Shown here in pieces: positions 38,188-49,731 of a stretch of DNA of 64,000 nucleotides. How positions within the stretch are numbered: position 1 is the stretch's first letter; every line of letters starts with the position of its first letter. The DNA comes from an uncultured Gemmatimonadales bacterium (GTDB taxonomy: Bacteria; Gemmatimonadota; Gemmatimonadetes; Gemmatimonadales; GWC2-71-9). The translations under genes and the position numbers were made by a program. The stretch is from the NCBI GenBank assembly GCA_963695185.1, contig CAVOGH010000004.1:464245-528244 (forward strand), written 5' to 3'. The notes beneath the pieces are model-generated. The model was not told the origin of the DNA and searched no databases. It was given only the letters and a program-made list of their open reading frames with translations.

Positions 38188-38543
38188 TCCGGCACCCTGT
38201 CATCCCACAGTGCCAGGATGTTCCCATCGGGGTCAGCGATCATGGCCATAATCCCGAACGCCTGCCGGGTCGGCTCGGCCAGGAAACTCACGCCCCGCTC
38301 GTGCAGCCGTTCGCAGTAGCCCAGGATGCCCTCCACCCTGATGGTGAGCCCGGTATGGCGGCCCACCAGCGCGCGGGCGTCGGGATGGACCGCCGGGTGG
38401 ACGCCGAGATGGGGCGCCTCCTCCAGGAACTCCGCCCCGAAGGAACCCTCCCGCACCAGGATAAGACCGAGGTCGTCGCGATAGAAGCGCTTGGCCCGCT
38501 CAATGTCGGTCACGAACAGGGCTATGGAATGCAGAGTCGGCAT
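38184..38543 (-). CDS. VOC/glyoxalase-family protein
   Basis: ATG 38543. LHSIALFVTDIERAKRFYRDDLGL...IADPDGNILAL is a typical VOC fold pattern. The stop overlaps the plsC start. Confidence 0.8.
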   Translation of the reverse strand: MPTLHSIALFVTDIERAKRFYRDDLGLILVREGSFGAEFLEEAPHLGVHPAVHPDARALVGRHTGLTIRVEGILGYCERLHERGVSFLAEPTRQAFGIMAMIADPDGNILALWDDRVPE

Positions 38544-38578
38544 GCGTGGGGTCTGGGTGAGGATGCGGTGGCGGCTGC

Positions 38579-39517
38579 CTAGAGCTTGGCACGCTGCGAC
38601 GCCGCCCGCCAGTTCCGGCGCATCCGCTCTAGCCCCGGACGGGAAAGGGGCGTGTCGCCGAAGCGCCGGGTGAACTCCTCCTCCGACAGCTCGGCGAAGT
38701 ACTCCGGCCCAGCTCCGCGCAGCGTCTCGCGCGGGGCGAACTGGGCGATCTTCGACTCCTCGGCGAAGCGCTGGTTCCAGGGGCAGACCTCGTTGCAGAT
38801 ATCGCACCCGAAGGCCCAGCCCTCCAGCTGGGCCGCGATCGGGGCCGGGATCTCGCCCTTCTGCTCGATGGTCACATAGGAGATGCAGCGAGTGGCGTCA
38901 AGCACCCGCTCAGCCACGAAGGCGCCGGTGGGGCAGGCGTCCAGGCAGCGAGTGCAGCTGCCGCAGCGATCGGTTTCGAACGGCTGGTCAGTTTCGAGCT
39001 TGAGATCGGTGAGGACGCTCCCGATGAAGAACCACGAGCCCGACTCCGGTCGCAGCAGCATTGTGTTCTTGCCGATCCACCCGAGGCCGGCGCGCTGGGC
39101 CAGCTCCCGTTCGGCGATCGGGCCGGTGTCGGCGTACGGCCGGGCGACCGCGGCACCATGGACCCGCAGGAATACCGCCAGCTCCTCCAGCCGGGCCAGC
39201 GTCACCCGATGATAATCCTCGCCCCGGGCGTAGCGGGCGATCCGCGGGGAGGTCGCGGTGACCTCATCGTCGGGATTCCGGTAGTAGTAGTTATCAAGAA
39301 CAACAACGGCGCGGTGCGCGTCTCGGTCGGCGAGCTGGGGATTTTTCCGCTTTTTCGCCTGCCGGTGAATGTACCGCATGTTGCCGCCGTAACCGGACTT
39401 CAGCCACCGGTCCAGGACATCGGCATGGGGGAGGGGGTCCAGGGTGGTGATGCCACAGGCGACGAAGCCGAGACGCGTGGCCTCGGCTTTGATGGCGGTG
39501 GCGAGTCGGTCAGCCAT
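38579..39517 (-). CDS. queG: Epoxyqueuosine reductase QueG
   Basis: ATG 39517. ARYARGEDYH, CGSCTRCLDACPTGA and FGCDICNEVCPWN (two 4Fe-4S motifs). Confidence 0.9.
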   Translation of the reverse strand: MADRLATAIKAEATRLGFVACGITTLDPLPHADVLDRWLKSGYGGNMRYIHRQAKKRKNPQLADRDAHRAVVVLDNYYYRNPDDEVTATSPRIARYARGEDYHRVTLARLEELAVFLRVHGAAVARPYADTGPIAERELAQRAGLGWIGKNTMLLRPESGSWFFIGSVLTDLKLETDQPFETDRCGSCTRCLDACPTGAFVAERVLDATRCISYVTIEQKGEIPAPIAAQLEGWAFGCDICNEVCPWNQRFAEESKIAQFAPRETLRGAGPEYFAELSEEEFTRRFGDTPLSRPGLERMRRNWRAASQRAKL

Positions 39518-39519
39518 GC

Positions 39520-40863
39520 CTAGTCCGGGGCGGAGGCGCCGGCGGCCAGGTGCTCGCCGGTGGAGCCGTGCACCGGGAGGGAGGCGCGTGCGCCGAGCGC
39601 AGGAGTACTCCGGCCGGCCTTCCAGACACTGGTGATGAGCCGGGCGCCGCGCTGGTAGGTGAAGTACGACCAGGCCCACTGGATCATCACGATGACCCGG
39701 TTGCGGAAGCCGATCAGGAAGAAGATGTGGATGAAGATCCACATGAGCCAGGCGGGGAATCCGCTGAAACGCATGCCCCAGATGTCGGCGACGGCATGCC
39801 CGCGGCCGATGACGGCCAACTGGCCCTTGTCCCAGTAGGAGAAGGGCCGCCGCGGCCGGCCCGCGAGATCGCCGGCGATGGTGCGCGCGGTGTACTGCCC
39901 CATCTGGATCGCCACCGGGCAGATGCCGGGGAGGGTCTCACCGCGCCGGTCACGGACCGCCGCCGCGTCTCCCAGCACGAATACCTCGGGACGCCCCGGA
40001 ATGGAGCAGTCGGGCTCGACGATCACCCGGCCGACGCCGTCGAGCGGTGCGCCGAGCGTCCGGGTGATCGGACTGGCGGCATTGCCGGCGGCCCAGACAA
40101 CCGTCTGGGTCGGGATGGTCCAGCCGCCGGCCACGACGTAGCCGGGACGGACATCGGTTACGAGCGTCTGTTCGCGCACCTCCACACCGAGTCGGCGGAG
40201 CTCGTACTTGGCGCGCCCGGAGAGCTGGGGCGGGTAGCTCGAGAGCAGCCGCTGGCCGCCTTCGAGCAACATCACCGTGGCCTCGCGCGGATCGATGTGG
40301 CGGAAGTCCCGGCGGAGGGCGTAGCTCCGGATCTCGGCCAGGGCGCCGGCGACCTCCACCCCGGTCGGTCCGCCACCCACGACGACGAACGTCAGATGCG
40401 CGTGGCGCTTGACCGGGTCGGCCTCCCGCTCGGCGCGCTCGAAGGAGAGCAGCACCCGCCGCCGAATCTCGCCGGCGTCCTCGAGGCTCTTCAGGCCCGG
40501 GGCCAGGACTTCCCACTCGTCCCGGCCGAAGTAGCTGTGGCGTACCCCGGGCGCTAGAATGAGATAGTCGTAGTCTGTAGTACTACCATCGTTAAACACG
40601 ACTTCCCTGGCGGCGGTGCGGATCTCGCCGACCTCCCCCATGAGCACCTCGGTATGCGCCTGCTTGCGGAGGATGGAGCGGATCGGCGATGCGATATCCG
40701 GCTCGGAGAGCGCGGCCGTCGCCACCTGGTACAGCATCGGCTGGAACAGGTGGTGGTTCTGCCGGTCGATGACCGTGACCCGCACGGGCGCGTCGGCGAG
40801 GCCCTTCGCGGCATACAGGCCGGCGAAGCCGCCACCCACGATCACCACATGCGGCTTAGTCAT
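39520..40863 (-). CDS. ndh: Type II NADH dehydrogenase (NDH-2)
   Basis: VVIVGGGFAG and VVVGGGPTGVE dinucleotide folds, plus the FQPxLYQVA motif. Confidence 0.9.
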   Translation of the reverse strand: MTKPHVVIVGGGFAGLYAAKGLADAPVRVTVIDRQNHHLFQPMLYQVATAALSEPDIASPIRSILRKQAHTEVLMGEVGEIRTAAREVVFNDGSTTDYDYLILAPGVRHSYFGRDEWEVLAPGLKSLEDAGEIRRRVLLSFERAEREADPVKRHAHLTFVVVGGGPTGVEVAGALAEIRSYALRRDFRHIDPREATVMLLEGGQRLLSSYPPQLSGRAKYELRRLGVEVREQTLVTDVRPGYVVAGGWTIPTQTVVWAAGNAASPITRTLGAPLDGVGRVIVEPDCSIPGRPEVFVLGDAAAVRDRRGETLPGICPVAIQMGQYTARTIAGDLAGRPRRPFSYWDKGQLAVIGRGHAVADIWGMRFSGFPAWLMWIFIHIFFLIGFRNRVIVMIQWAWSYFTYQRGARLITSVWKAGRSTPALGARASLPVHGSTGEHLAAGASAPD

Positions 40864-41122
40864 GCAGAATCCTCCGGCGCCAGCGGGCGAACCGCAACAC
40901 GTCCTCTACGGGTGGCAGCTGTCGCTCGGCCCCATAGGCGGTGTGCAGGCGCCATTCGAGATAGACCGCGTCGGGGAGTGGAAGAAAGGGGACCTTGCGC
41001 CACCACCCGCGGCGACGGAAGGCCCATACCAGGGTGAGCAGGTCCACCGCCACGCGCGGATTGATCAGGCCCCGGCCTGCAAGCTGTGCAGCCAATCCAA
41101 ACCATCCGGCGGGTCGTGCCAT
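40856..41122 (-). CDS. Hypothetical small Arg/Trp-rich protein overlapping the ndh start
   Basis: 88-aa ORF with an 8-nt overlap onto ndh. No motif recognised. Confidence 0.4.
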   Translation of the reverse strand: MARPAGWFGLAAQLAGRGLINPRVAVDLLTLVWAFRRRGWWRKVPFLPLPDAVYLEWRLHTAYGAERQLPPVEDVLRFARWRRRILHD

Positions 41123-41157
41123 GCGGACGAAGATAACTACACTATATTCCCCCCTCC

Positions 41158-42292
41158 ATGATGGTTTCCGCCCCCGTCGACCGGTTCGCCGAGCTCCGGG
41201 ACCAGTTCCCGATCTTTCGCCACACCACCTATCTCAATAGCTGCTCGCTGGGCGCCCTTTCGGACCGGACCCGCGCGGCCCTGGGCAGCTATCTGGATGA
41301 ATGGGAGCGGCGGGGTGCCTCGGCGTGGTATGACAGCTGGCTACCGGCGGTGGAGCGCCTGCGGGCTGGCTATGGCCGGGTGATCGGCGCGGGCCCGGAC
41401 AGCATCTCGATTCACTCCTGCATCTCCACCGCGCTCTCGGTGGTGGCGGAGTCGCTGGACTACTCGGCGCGGCCGAAAGTGGTGACCACCAGCCTCGACT
41501 TCCCCACGGTGGCCTATCAGTGGCTGGCGAAAGCGGCCCGCGGCGTGGAAGTCGAGGTGATCGAGAGCCCGGACGGCATCGGCGTCCCGCTGGAGCTGTT
41601 CGCGCGGGCCATCGACGAGCGGACCGCGCTGGTCGCTACCAGCCACGTGTTTTTCACCAGCGGCGCCGTCCAGGATCTCCCCGCCCTGACCCGGATGGCT
41701 CATGCCAGGGGTGCCCGGCTGCTGGTGGACGGCTACCAGGGGGCGGGGCAGGTCCCGGTGGAGCTGGGTGGGGCGGATTTCTACTGTGCCGGTGGCCTCA
41801 AATGGCTGCTGGGCGGCTCCGGGATTGCCTTTCTGTATGTGCGGCCGGACTTGATTGCCGACTTCGAGCCCGGCGTGACCGGCTGGTTTGCGCATGCCTC
41901 GCCGTTTCAATTCGATTCCCGGCACCTTGAGCGGGCGCAGGATGCCCGGAGGTTCGACCTGGGCACGCCGTCGGTGGCGTCGGTGTACGCCCAGCTGGCC
42001 GGGCTCGAGGTCCTGTTCGAGGCCGGGCTCGATCGGGTCCAGGCGCGCACGGTGGAGCTGACGGGCGATCTCATCGGCTGCGCGATGGACCACGGGCTCG
42101 CACCGAAGGTGGCGCCGGCGCCCGCCGATCGGAGCGCCATCGTGATGCTGCCGAGCCCCGATCCTGCCCGGGATGTCCGGCGGCTGGCTGAGGCCGGGTT
42201 CGTCGTGGATGCCCGGCCGGGACATGTGCGGGTCTCTCCCTATTTCTACAACCTGCCCGGCGAGCACCGGGCGTGCATCGAGGTACTGGCAC

Positions 42293-42300
<8 letters not shown>
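41158..42300 (+). CDS. Class V aminotransferase-fold PLP enzyme (kynureninase/cysteine-desulfurase-like)
   Basis: YLNSCSLG, TSHVFFTSG and GGLKWLLGG (candidate PLP lysine). Confidence 0.75.
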
Positions 42301-44181
<1,881 letters not shown>

Positions 44182-44226
44182 GGACCCAGCCGGAGGCCCG
44201 CCAGGCTGCCGGGGGCCCCCGGTCCG

Positions 44227-44442
44227 TCAGGCAGGCGTAATCCCCTCGACCTTGTAACCCGCAGCTTCAATGGCGGCAAACGCAGCCGTGGTGGCGTCGT
44301 CCCCGTCCGGTACCCTCAGCTCCGCCCTCCCCATCTGAACCGACCGCACCTCGATTCCGGTCACCCCGGCGAGGGCTCGATTGACCGCGTTCAGACAGTG
44401 GCTGCAGGTCATGCCGGAGATCGCTATAGTAATGTCTTTCAT
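44227..44442 (-). CDS. copZ: Heavy-metal-associated copper chaperone CopZ
   Basis: ATG 44442. GMTCSHC metal-binding loop; 71 aa. Confidence 0.9.
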   Translation of the reverse strand: MKDITIAISGMTCSHCLNAVNRALAGVTGIEVRSVQMGRAELRVPDGDDATTAAFAAIEAAGYKVEGITPA

Positions 44443-44617
44443 GTGGTTACCTCGGTTCCCCGGGCCGGGCTGTGGTGGGTTCTTCGAGCCCGTGCATCCA
44501 GTGGTCGGCATTTCTTCGGGGCGGGAAGATCGACCTGCCAGGGCCTAGTGGCCATCCCCTTCCAGCTGCAACATATAGCCCCGGGTCCCGGGCACGGACC
44601 CTGCCCTTTCGGAGGGT

Positions 44618-46195
44618 ATGAACCTGGAAGACGGGGAGTTCCGCCAGCTGATTCCCATCCTGCACCCGCACACGCGGATGCAGGATCTGGACACGCTCCG
44701 CGCCTGGTATGAGGCCGCCGCGGACGTGCTGCGGCTGGAGCTGCCTGCGGACTTGCTGGCGATGTGGCTGTTTGACGCCGACGGCGCGCCGTTGTTGCTG
44801 GAGCCCGAGGCGCTTGCCGCCGACCACCTCGATATTCCCCTGGCCGACCCGTTGGTCAGCCAGACCGCACTCGAACTGATCGAGGACCGGATCCGGCGCG
44901 CCGGGTACGGCTCGGTGCTGTTCCAGCCGATCCGCCACGGTGGCCAGGACGTGGGCCTGATTCTGATGGCTGCCTTTCCCCCCTACGTGTACGGCCTCCG
45001 GGCGGAACAACTGATGCTTGTGGCCGCGGACACCATGGCGCCCATGCTGGCCCGGGTCACCCGCGGCGATGACTCCCCCTCCCGCCGCTCGGCGGGACAT
45101 CCGGTCGAGGAGTCGGTGGAACCGGCAGCGGAGGTCCGGCGAGTCGAGGGAGACCTCGTGGCCTCCCTGGCCGACGCCATCAGCGGCGCCGGCACCCCGC
45201 GGGACCTGATGCTCGCGCTCTCCTTCTCGCTGCAGCATGTGCTCCCGCACGACGCGTACGAGCTGCTCATCCCCGACACCGCGGGCGAGCAGTACTACCG
45301 GATCGGGCTGCACGGGCATGGTGCCCTCTGGGGAGACCCCGGTCTGGTCCGGCCCCGGGCGGAGCTGGATCCCGCGGCGCTCTTCGGTGAACAGAGCAGC
45401 GTTCTGGTGGAGGATGCGGAACAGGATCCGGCTCTGGGGCTCCCGGTGCTGGTCACCGTGCGCGGCACGGAGACGCCGCCCCGCTCGCTCCTCGGGGTGC
45501 AGCTCCGGGTGGTGGAGCGGCTGACCGGCTACCTGCTACTCGGCGCGGCGGGGCCGGGGCTCTATCAGGAGGAGGACCTCGTGCTGCTCGACCGGATCGG
45601 TGCGCTGCTCGCGCCCCGGATCGAGAGCCTGGTGCTGGCGTGGCAGTACAGCGTGCTGCGGAGTCAGTTCGACCTGCTCCGCCATGTGCCGATGCACCTG
45701 GCGCGGGTCGCGGAACTGCTGGCTACCACCGCCTTCCTGGGCGAAGGCAGCCGGATCTTTGTGCAGCAGGCCGGAGCGCTGCTCCCGCTCGGCGCACTGG
45801 AGTTCGCGGTGCGGCTGAGCGACGAGCAGCGCATCGCGGTGGTGCGTCCCGGCGTCACCACCGCGCTGGCCGACCTGCCCCAGGAGCCGATCGAGGGCAC
45901 CGGCGTGGCGCAGGTGGTACGCGGTGAGATTCCCTACCTGCTGGAGACCGACCACGAGGATTCCGGGCCGGTCTCGGTGCTGGTGGTGCCACTTCGAGCC
46001 GGGGGCAAGGTGATCGGGGCGATGGCGCTCACCGTCGCCGGAGAGGGCGCTTTCTCCCGAACCGACATGGCGCTGGCACAGCAACTGGCGGATCTCGCCG
46101 CGCCGCACCTGGACCTGGCCCGCCGGGCCGCGCCGCTGGTGATGCCGTACATCCCGGGGTGGAAGCGGCCGAGTTTCCGACAGGAGGGGGAGTAG
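44618..46195 (+). CDS. Multi-GAF-like domain protein without recognisable output domain
   Basis: Three ~150-aa units, each ending in a GAF-like ...PL/PI..GG...G.L.L pattern (FQPIRHGGQDVGLILM, LGVQLRVVERLTGYLLL, VVPLRAGGKVIGAMAL). Confidence 0.55.
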   Translation: MNLEDGEFRQLIPILHPHTRMQDLDTLRAWYEAAADVLRLELPADLLAMWLFDADGAPLLLEPEALAADHLDIPLADPLVSQTALELIEDRIRRAGYGSVLFQPIRHGGQDVGLILMAAFPPYVYGLRAEQLMLVAADTMAPMLARVTRGDDSPSRRSAGHPVEESVEPAAEVRRVEGDLVASLADAISGAGTPRDLMLALSFSLQHVLPHDAYELLIPDTAGEQYYRIGLHGHGALWGDPGLVRPRAELDPAALFGEQSSVLVEDAEQDPALGLPVLVTVRGTETPPRSLLGVQLRVVERLTGYLLLGAAGPGLYQEEDLVLLDRIGALLAPRIESLVLAWQYSVLRSQFDLLRHVPMHLARVAELLATTAFLGEGSRIFVQQAGALLPLGALEFAVRLSDEQRIAVVRPGVTTALADLPQEPIEGTGVAQVVRGEIPYLLETDHEDSGPVSVLVVPLRAGGKVIGAMALTVAGEGAFSRTDMALAQQLADLAAPHLDLARRAAPLVMPYIPGWKRPSFRQEGE

Positions 46196-46273
46196 GCGAT
46201 TAGGCGGACCGTGAGCGCGCGCCCCCCCCTCTCGCCACCTTGAACCGCTTAACCGCCTTACCGCCGAACCGCC
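46193..46273. repeat. Octamer-periodic repeat arms (TAGGCGATTAGGCGG ... AACCGCTT-AACCGCCT-TACCGCCG-AACCGCCC)
   Basis: Read directly. The left arm is at the GAF gene stop. The right arm is complementary in sense and runs into the ctaG 3' end. Confidence 0.7.
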
Positions 46274-47112
46274 CCCGGATGCACCGGATGCGGCCGCTCG
46301 GGGCGCTCGCGTGCCCACCGGAAGAAGATCACCCCGAAGGCGAACCACACCGGCAGGTCTCCCACAATCTTCATCAGCAGTCCCGCCACCTTCTGATCTT
46401 CCAGCGCGGTCAGGATCGGGAAGATTCTGGGCGCCAGCTCATAGGTGGCGTAAAGCGGAAAGTCGGCGAAGGTGAGAAACGCCGAGGGGATGATCGTGGG
46501 CAGGGTGCTGAAGAAAAGGTACCCCATCTTGAGCGGCCGGCCGATGCGCACCACCTCGGGGCTCGGTCCCATCACGGGCCACCACAGTGCGAAGCCCGCG
46601 GATAGCCAGGCCAGATCAATCAGGAGCGCTCCCACCTGTGTGGCCATGGCCGCGTCCACCACCTGCGGCACGTGGGTGGAGAGCTGCACGACGGCATAGA
46701 CCGCCAGCCCGAACCATGGCCGGCCGAAAAACCGGAGTAGCCCGCCCCAGCGGGGGCCCGTGGCGGCCATCCGCTGCAGCTCCAGCGGGATGCCGAGCAG
46801 CAGGCAGGGCGGCGCGACGACGGAGAGCAGGATATAGCTCGCGGTATGAAAGCTGGCGAGATAGCCGGCGCCGAGCGCACCTAACGGCCAGTCGAGCGCG
46901 ATCCAGATGGCGGCCAGTCCAGCGAGGAACCAGAGGCGGTTGGCCGGTTGGGCCGTTGGGCGGTTGGCCGGGATGGCAGACTCACCATCGGCCCGCCTGA
47001 TCGCCGTCCACCAATACCACCCAGCCAGCAGACCCACGAACAGCCACACCCCGGGGTACGCCTGCCACTGCCAGCTCCATGGCTGCCCGGTGGCAGAGCA
47101 CCACCACTGCAC
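46258..47112 (-). CDS. ctaG: Cytochrome c oxidase assembly factor CtaG (Caa3_CtaG family membrane protein)
   Basis: Multi-TM protein with the W-rich N-terminus and HxxxY/FLxFADxPLY pattern of Caa3_CtaG. GTG start. Confidence 0.75.
   Translation of the reverse strand: MQWWCSATGQPWSWQWQAYPGVWLFVGLLAGWYWWTAIRRADGESAIPANRPTAQPANRLWFLAGLAAIWIALDWPLGALGAGYLASFHTASYILLSVVAPPCLLLGIPLELQRMAATGPRWGGLLRFFGRPWFGLAVYAVVQLSTHVPQVVDAAMATQVGALLIDLAWLSAGFALWWPVMGPSPEVVRIGRPLKMGYLFFSTLPTIIPSAFLTFADFPLYATYELAPRIFPILTALEDQKVAGLLMKIVGDLPVWFAFGVIFFRWARERPERPHPVHPGAVRR
46935..46972. repeat. Octamer repeat embedded in the ctaG coding sequence
   Basis: GGCGGTTG-GCCGGTTG-GGCCGTTG-GGCGGTTG-GCCGGG encodes PANRPTAQPANR on the minus strand (three octamers correspond to eight codons). 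Confidence 0.8.
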
Positions 47113-47114
47113 GA

Positions 47115-47774
47115 TCAGCCCTTCACGAGCAGCTGGAGGTCCTTGGCCCAGTCGGCCTGGCGGATGCCGAAGGGATAGACCACGTGGGCCAGGTTGTCGC
47201 GAGTGAAGGCCAGCACCAGGGTGGAGTGGCCGATGGTGTAGGTGTCCTCCGTCAGCCCTGGCTCCTTGATGGTCTGGCCCAGCTTGAGTTGCCGCATGGC
47301 CCCGGCGATGGCCACGCTGTCTCCGGTGAGTCCGATGAAGCGCTGATCAAACTTGTCGAGCCAGGCGCGCATCTTTTCCGGTGTGTCCCGCGCCGGATCG
47401 GTGGTGACGAACACCACCTCGATCTGGTTGTTCACCTCCGGCCCCAGCTTCTTGAGTGCCGCGGCGATGTTGGCCAGGTGCACCGGGCAAACGTCGGGGC
47501 AGTTGGTATAGCCGAAGAAGAGCAGGGCCACCTTGCCTTCGGTTTCCCGCCTGAAATCGAACGGCTTGCCGTCGGTGGTGGTCAGGGTGAAGTCGGGCTT
47601 GGGAACCGGCGGTGTGATCTGCGGGCCGGCCAGTCCGTCGGGGTTGAACGGCTTGGGGGCCGCCGGGGAGCAGGCGGCCAGGAGCAGTAGTGACGCCAGC
47701 AGGCCGATGCGCCGGCGGCTATGGGGGCCGGCGACGTGGGTGGGGCGCACGGGGGAGAATGGGGTCATGGTCAC
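47115..47774 (-). CDS. SCO1/SenC-family copper chaperone lipoprotein
   Basis: Lipobox LLAAC and CPDVCP (CxxxC) in a thioredoxin fold. Start is GTG 47774 (overlaps the copD stop) or ATG 47768. Confidence 0.9.
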   Translation of the reverse strand: MTMTPFSPVRPTHVAGPHSRRRIGLLASLLLLAACSPAAPKPFNPDGLAGPQITPPVPKPDFTLTTTDGKPFDFRRETEGKVALLFFGYTNCPDVCPVHLANIAAALKKLGPEVNNQIEVVFVTTDPARDTPEKMRAWLDKFDQRFIGLTGDSVAIAGAMRQLKLGQTIKEPGLTEDTYTIGHSTLVLAFTRDNLAHVVYPFGIRQADWAKDLQLLVKG

Positions 47775-48715
47775 TCGCCGAGGTTAGGCGCTGGCAGGGC
47801 CACGAGTACCGCGGTGACCGAGAGCAGCAGCAGCGCAATGCTCAATTCAACGGCCGCCGAGCGGGTCAGGGCGGCGGTGGCACCGGGGGTGCCCAGTGCG
47901 GGCGAAAGTTTGCGCCAGTTCCAGGCGCCGAAGGCCATCGTAACAACCAGCAGCAGGATCTTGAGCAGCAGCACCCGCCCGTAGCTCGAGCCCCAGAGGT
48001 TGCCGAGACCGCCCACATACGCCACCCCGAGCAGCCCGCCGGTGCTGATGGCCAGCGTCGCCCCGGTAAGCGCCAGGGGGGAGAAGGTCCGCACCATGCG
48101 GGCCACCCCCCGATCCACGCCGCCGCGCTGCCCCGACGCGCGCCGCAGCCCCGCCAGGAACATCACGCCGAGGCTGCCGAGCCAGATGCCGCCACCGACA
48201 AGATGCAGCGCGTGCAGCCCCAGTCCCAGCCCGGGGCCCCAGGGGTTCTCGGCGGCGTGCCCGGTCCGCGGCGTGGCGGCCACCGCGAGGAGGACAGCGC
48301 CGCCTAACAGCGCGAGGCCGATGGCGGGCTGTCGACGGCAGTAAAGCGCCAGCGGCAGCACCACCACCGCCGCCGCCAGCTGGGCCAGCCAGGCTGAGCC
48401 CCAGGCGGTCTCGAGCAGGACGGCCCGGGCGGCGTCCCAGGTGAACGGCTCGAACGGCTCGAGAAAGGAGCGCACCTGCCCGTAGCCCCGGGCGAGATGC
48501 GCCAGCACCAGGAGCCCCGCGGCCCAGCCCGCGACCTGCCAGGTGCCCGCCAGCGCCCACGCAGCCAGGGACTGATCGTTGTCGACGGGGTCGCGCCAGC
48601 GCGGGACCAGCGCCGCGAAGGCACAGGCCCCGATCAGGAGCAGGGTCGCGAGGTACGCCACCCCGCGGGCGGCGGCGTACAGGTCGAGTGGAAGCGGGAC
48701 GAGGTCGTGGTCCAC
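47771..48715 (-). CDS. copD: Copper resistance/transport membrane protein CopD
   Basis: 8-TM-like protein with an HALHLVGGGIWLG motif. GTG start. Confidence 0.8.
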   Translation of the reverse strand: MDHDLVPLPLDLYAAARGVAYLATLLLIGACAFAALVPRWRDPVDNDQSLAAWALAGTWQVAGWAAGLLVLAHLARGYGQVRSFLEPFEPFTWDAARAVLLETAWGSAWLAQLAAAVVVLPLALYCRRQPAIGLALLGGAVLLAVAATPRTGHAAENPWGPGLGLGLHALHLVGGGIWLGSLGVMFLAGLRRASGQRGGVDRGVARMVRTFSPLALTGATLAISTGGLLGVAYVGGLGNLWGSSYGRVLLLKILLLVVTMAFGAWNWRKLSPALGTPGATAALTRSAAVELSIALLLLSVTAVLVALPAPNLGE

Positions 48716-48816
48716 GGCGCGGGCGGATGGCTACGCCGGTCGGTGAGTGGGCACCGGCGGCATGAATGTGCCGGGAACCGCCTCGAGGTGCCTGCCGCTA
48801 GCCTTCGTCGCCGGGT

Positions 48817-49194
48817 TCAAGGCGTGGACGGGGCCGGGGTATAGGTGAACGAGTACTTGCCACGGACGACGTGGCCGTCGAGTGCCGCCGTCTTCCAGGC
48901 CACAGTATACTTGCCGGGGGAGAGCGTCACCGGAATACTGCCGGCCACCGAGAGGGTGTCCTCGGTGGCGGCGAGCCTGACCACCGCCACCGGGGAGTTG
49001 TCGGCCCCCAGGAGGGTGGCGCCGGATACCGCGGGCTCGGGCCGGGTGCTGAACCAGAGCCGTACGGCGGTGGGCGCGGTGACCACAGTGGTGTCCACCG
49101 CCGGCTCGGCCTTGACCAGATGGGTATGAACGGCCGTACGGCTGCCAGAGAGCACAGTCGCGGCGGCAACGAGTAGGATGGTAGCGCGGATCAT
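48817..49194 (-). CDS. copC: Periplasmic copper-binding protein CopC
   Basis: ATG 49194. Signal peptide, then HTHLVKAEPA (the N-terminal His of mature CopC) and a YTVAWKTAALDGH motif. Confidence 0.85.
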   Translation of the reverse strand: MIRATILLVAAATVLSGSRTAVHTHLVKAEPAVDTTVVTAPTAVRLWFSTRPEPAVSGATLLGADNSPVAVVRLAATEDTLSVAGSIPVTLSPGKYTVAWKTAALDGHVVRGKYSFTYTPAPSTP

Positions 49195-49344
49195 TTCGCA
49201 ACCTGTTCGGTGATGTTGACGTAGGCCGGAAGATAATGAAGTCGGGGCCGTCCCGACCCCGAACTGCGGGGCACCCGGTTCCCCGAGCCTTGCCAATCGG
49301 GATGCTGTCGCTCCAGTTTACTGACCCTGAAAGGGCATTCCGAC

Positions 49345-49731
49345 TTGCATCGTTCCCGACTGTTCCGCCTGCTGGGCTGTGTCCTGGCCCTGGTGGTCGG
49401 CGCCAACGCGGCGCTGGCCGGACGGCCGCACGGCTGCGATGCCCGCCGAGCGGCCAGCCTGGCGGAGCCGGGTGGGTCCGAGGCGCACGGCGGGCACGGT
49501 GGGCACGGTGCCGGACAGCACACCGACCGGACCGTCCCCACGGAGTGCAATTGTATTGACCACGCCTGCGGCAGCAGCGCGGTCCTGGTGCTCGTCGCCG
49601 GGCGGAGCAGCATCCCGGTCGCATCTCTGGGAGTGGCTGTCTTCCGCCTGCCGGCGGCAGCGCAGCACACCCCGTCAGCCCCACCGCATCTCCATCCCTA
49701 CCAGCTGGGCCCCCCTGCGCATCTGAGCTGA
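49345..49731 (+). CDS. Hypothetical exported His/Cys-rich small protein
   Basis: TTG start. Signal-like LFRLLGCVLALVVGANAALA, a HGGHGGHG run and an ECNCIDHAC motif. Divergent from copC. Confidence 0.45.
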   Translation: MHRSRLFRLLGCVLALVVGANAALAGRPHGCDARRAASLAEPGGSEAHGGHGGHGAGQHTDRTVPTECNCIDHACGSSAVLVLVAGRSSIPVASLGVAVFRLPAAAQHTPSAPPHLHPYQLGPPAHLS

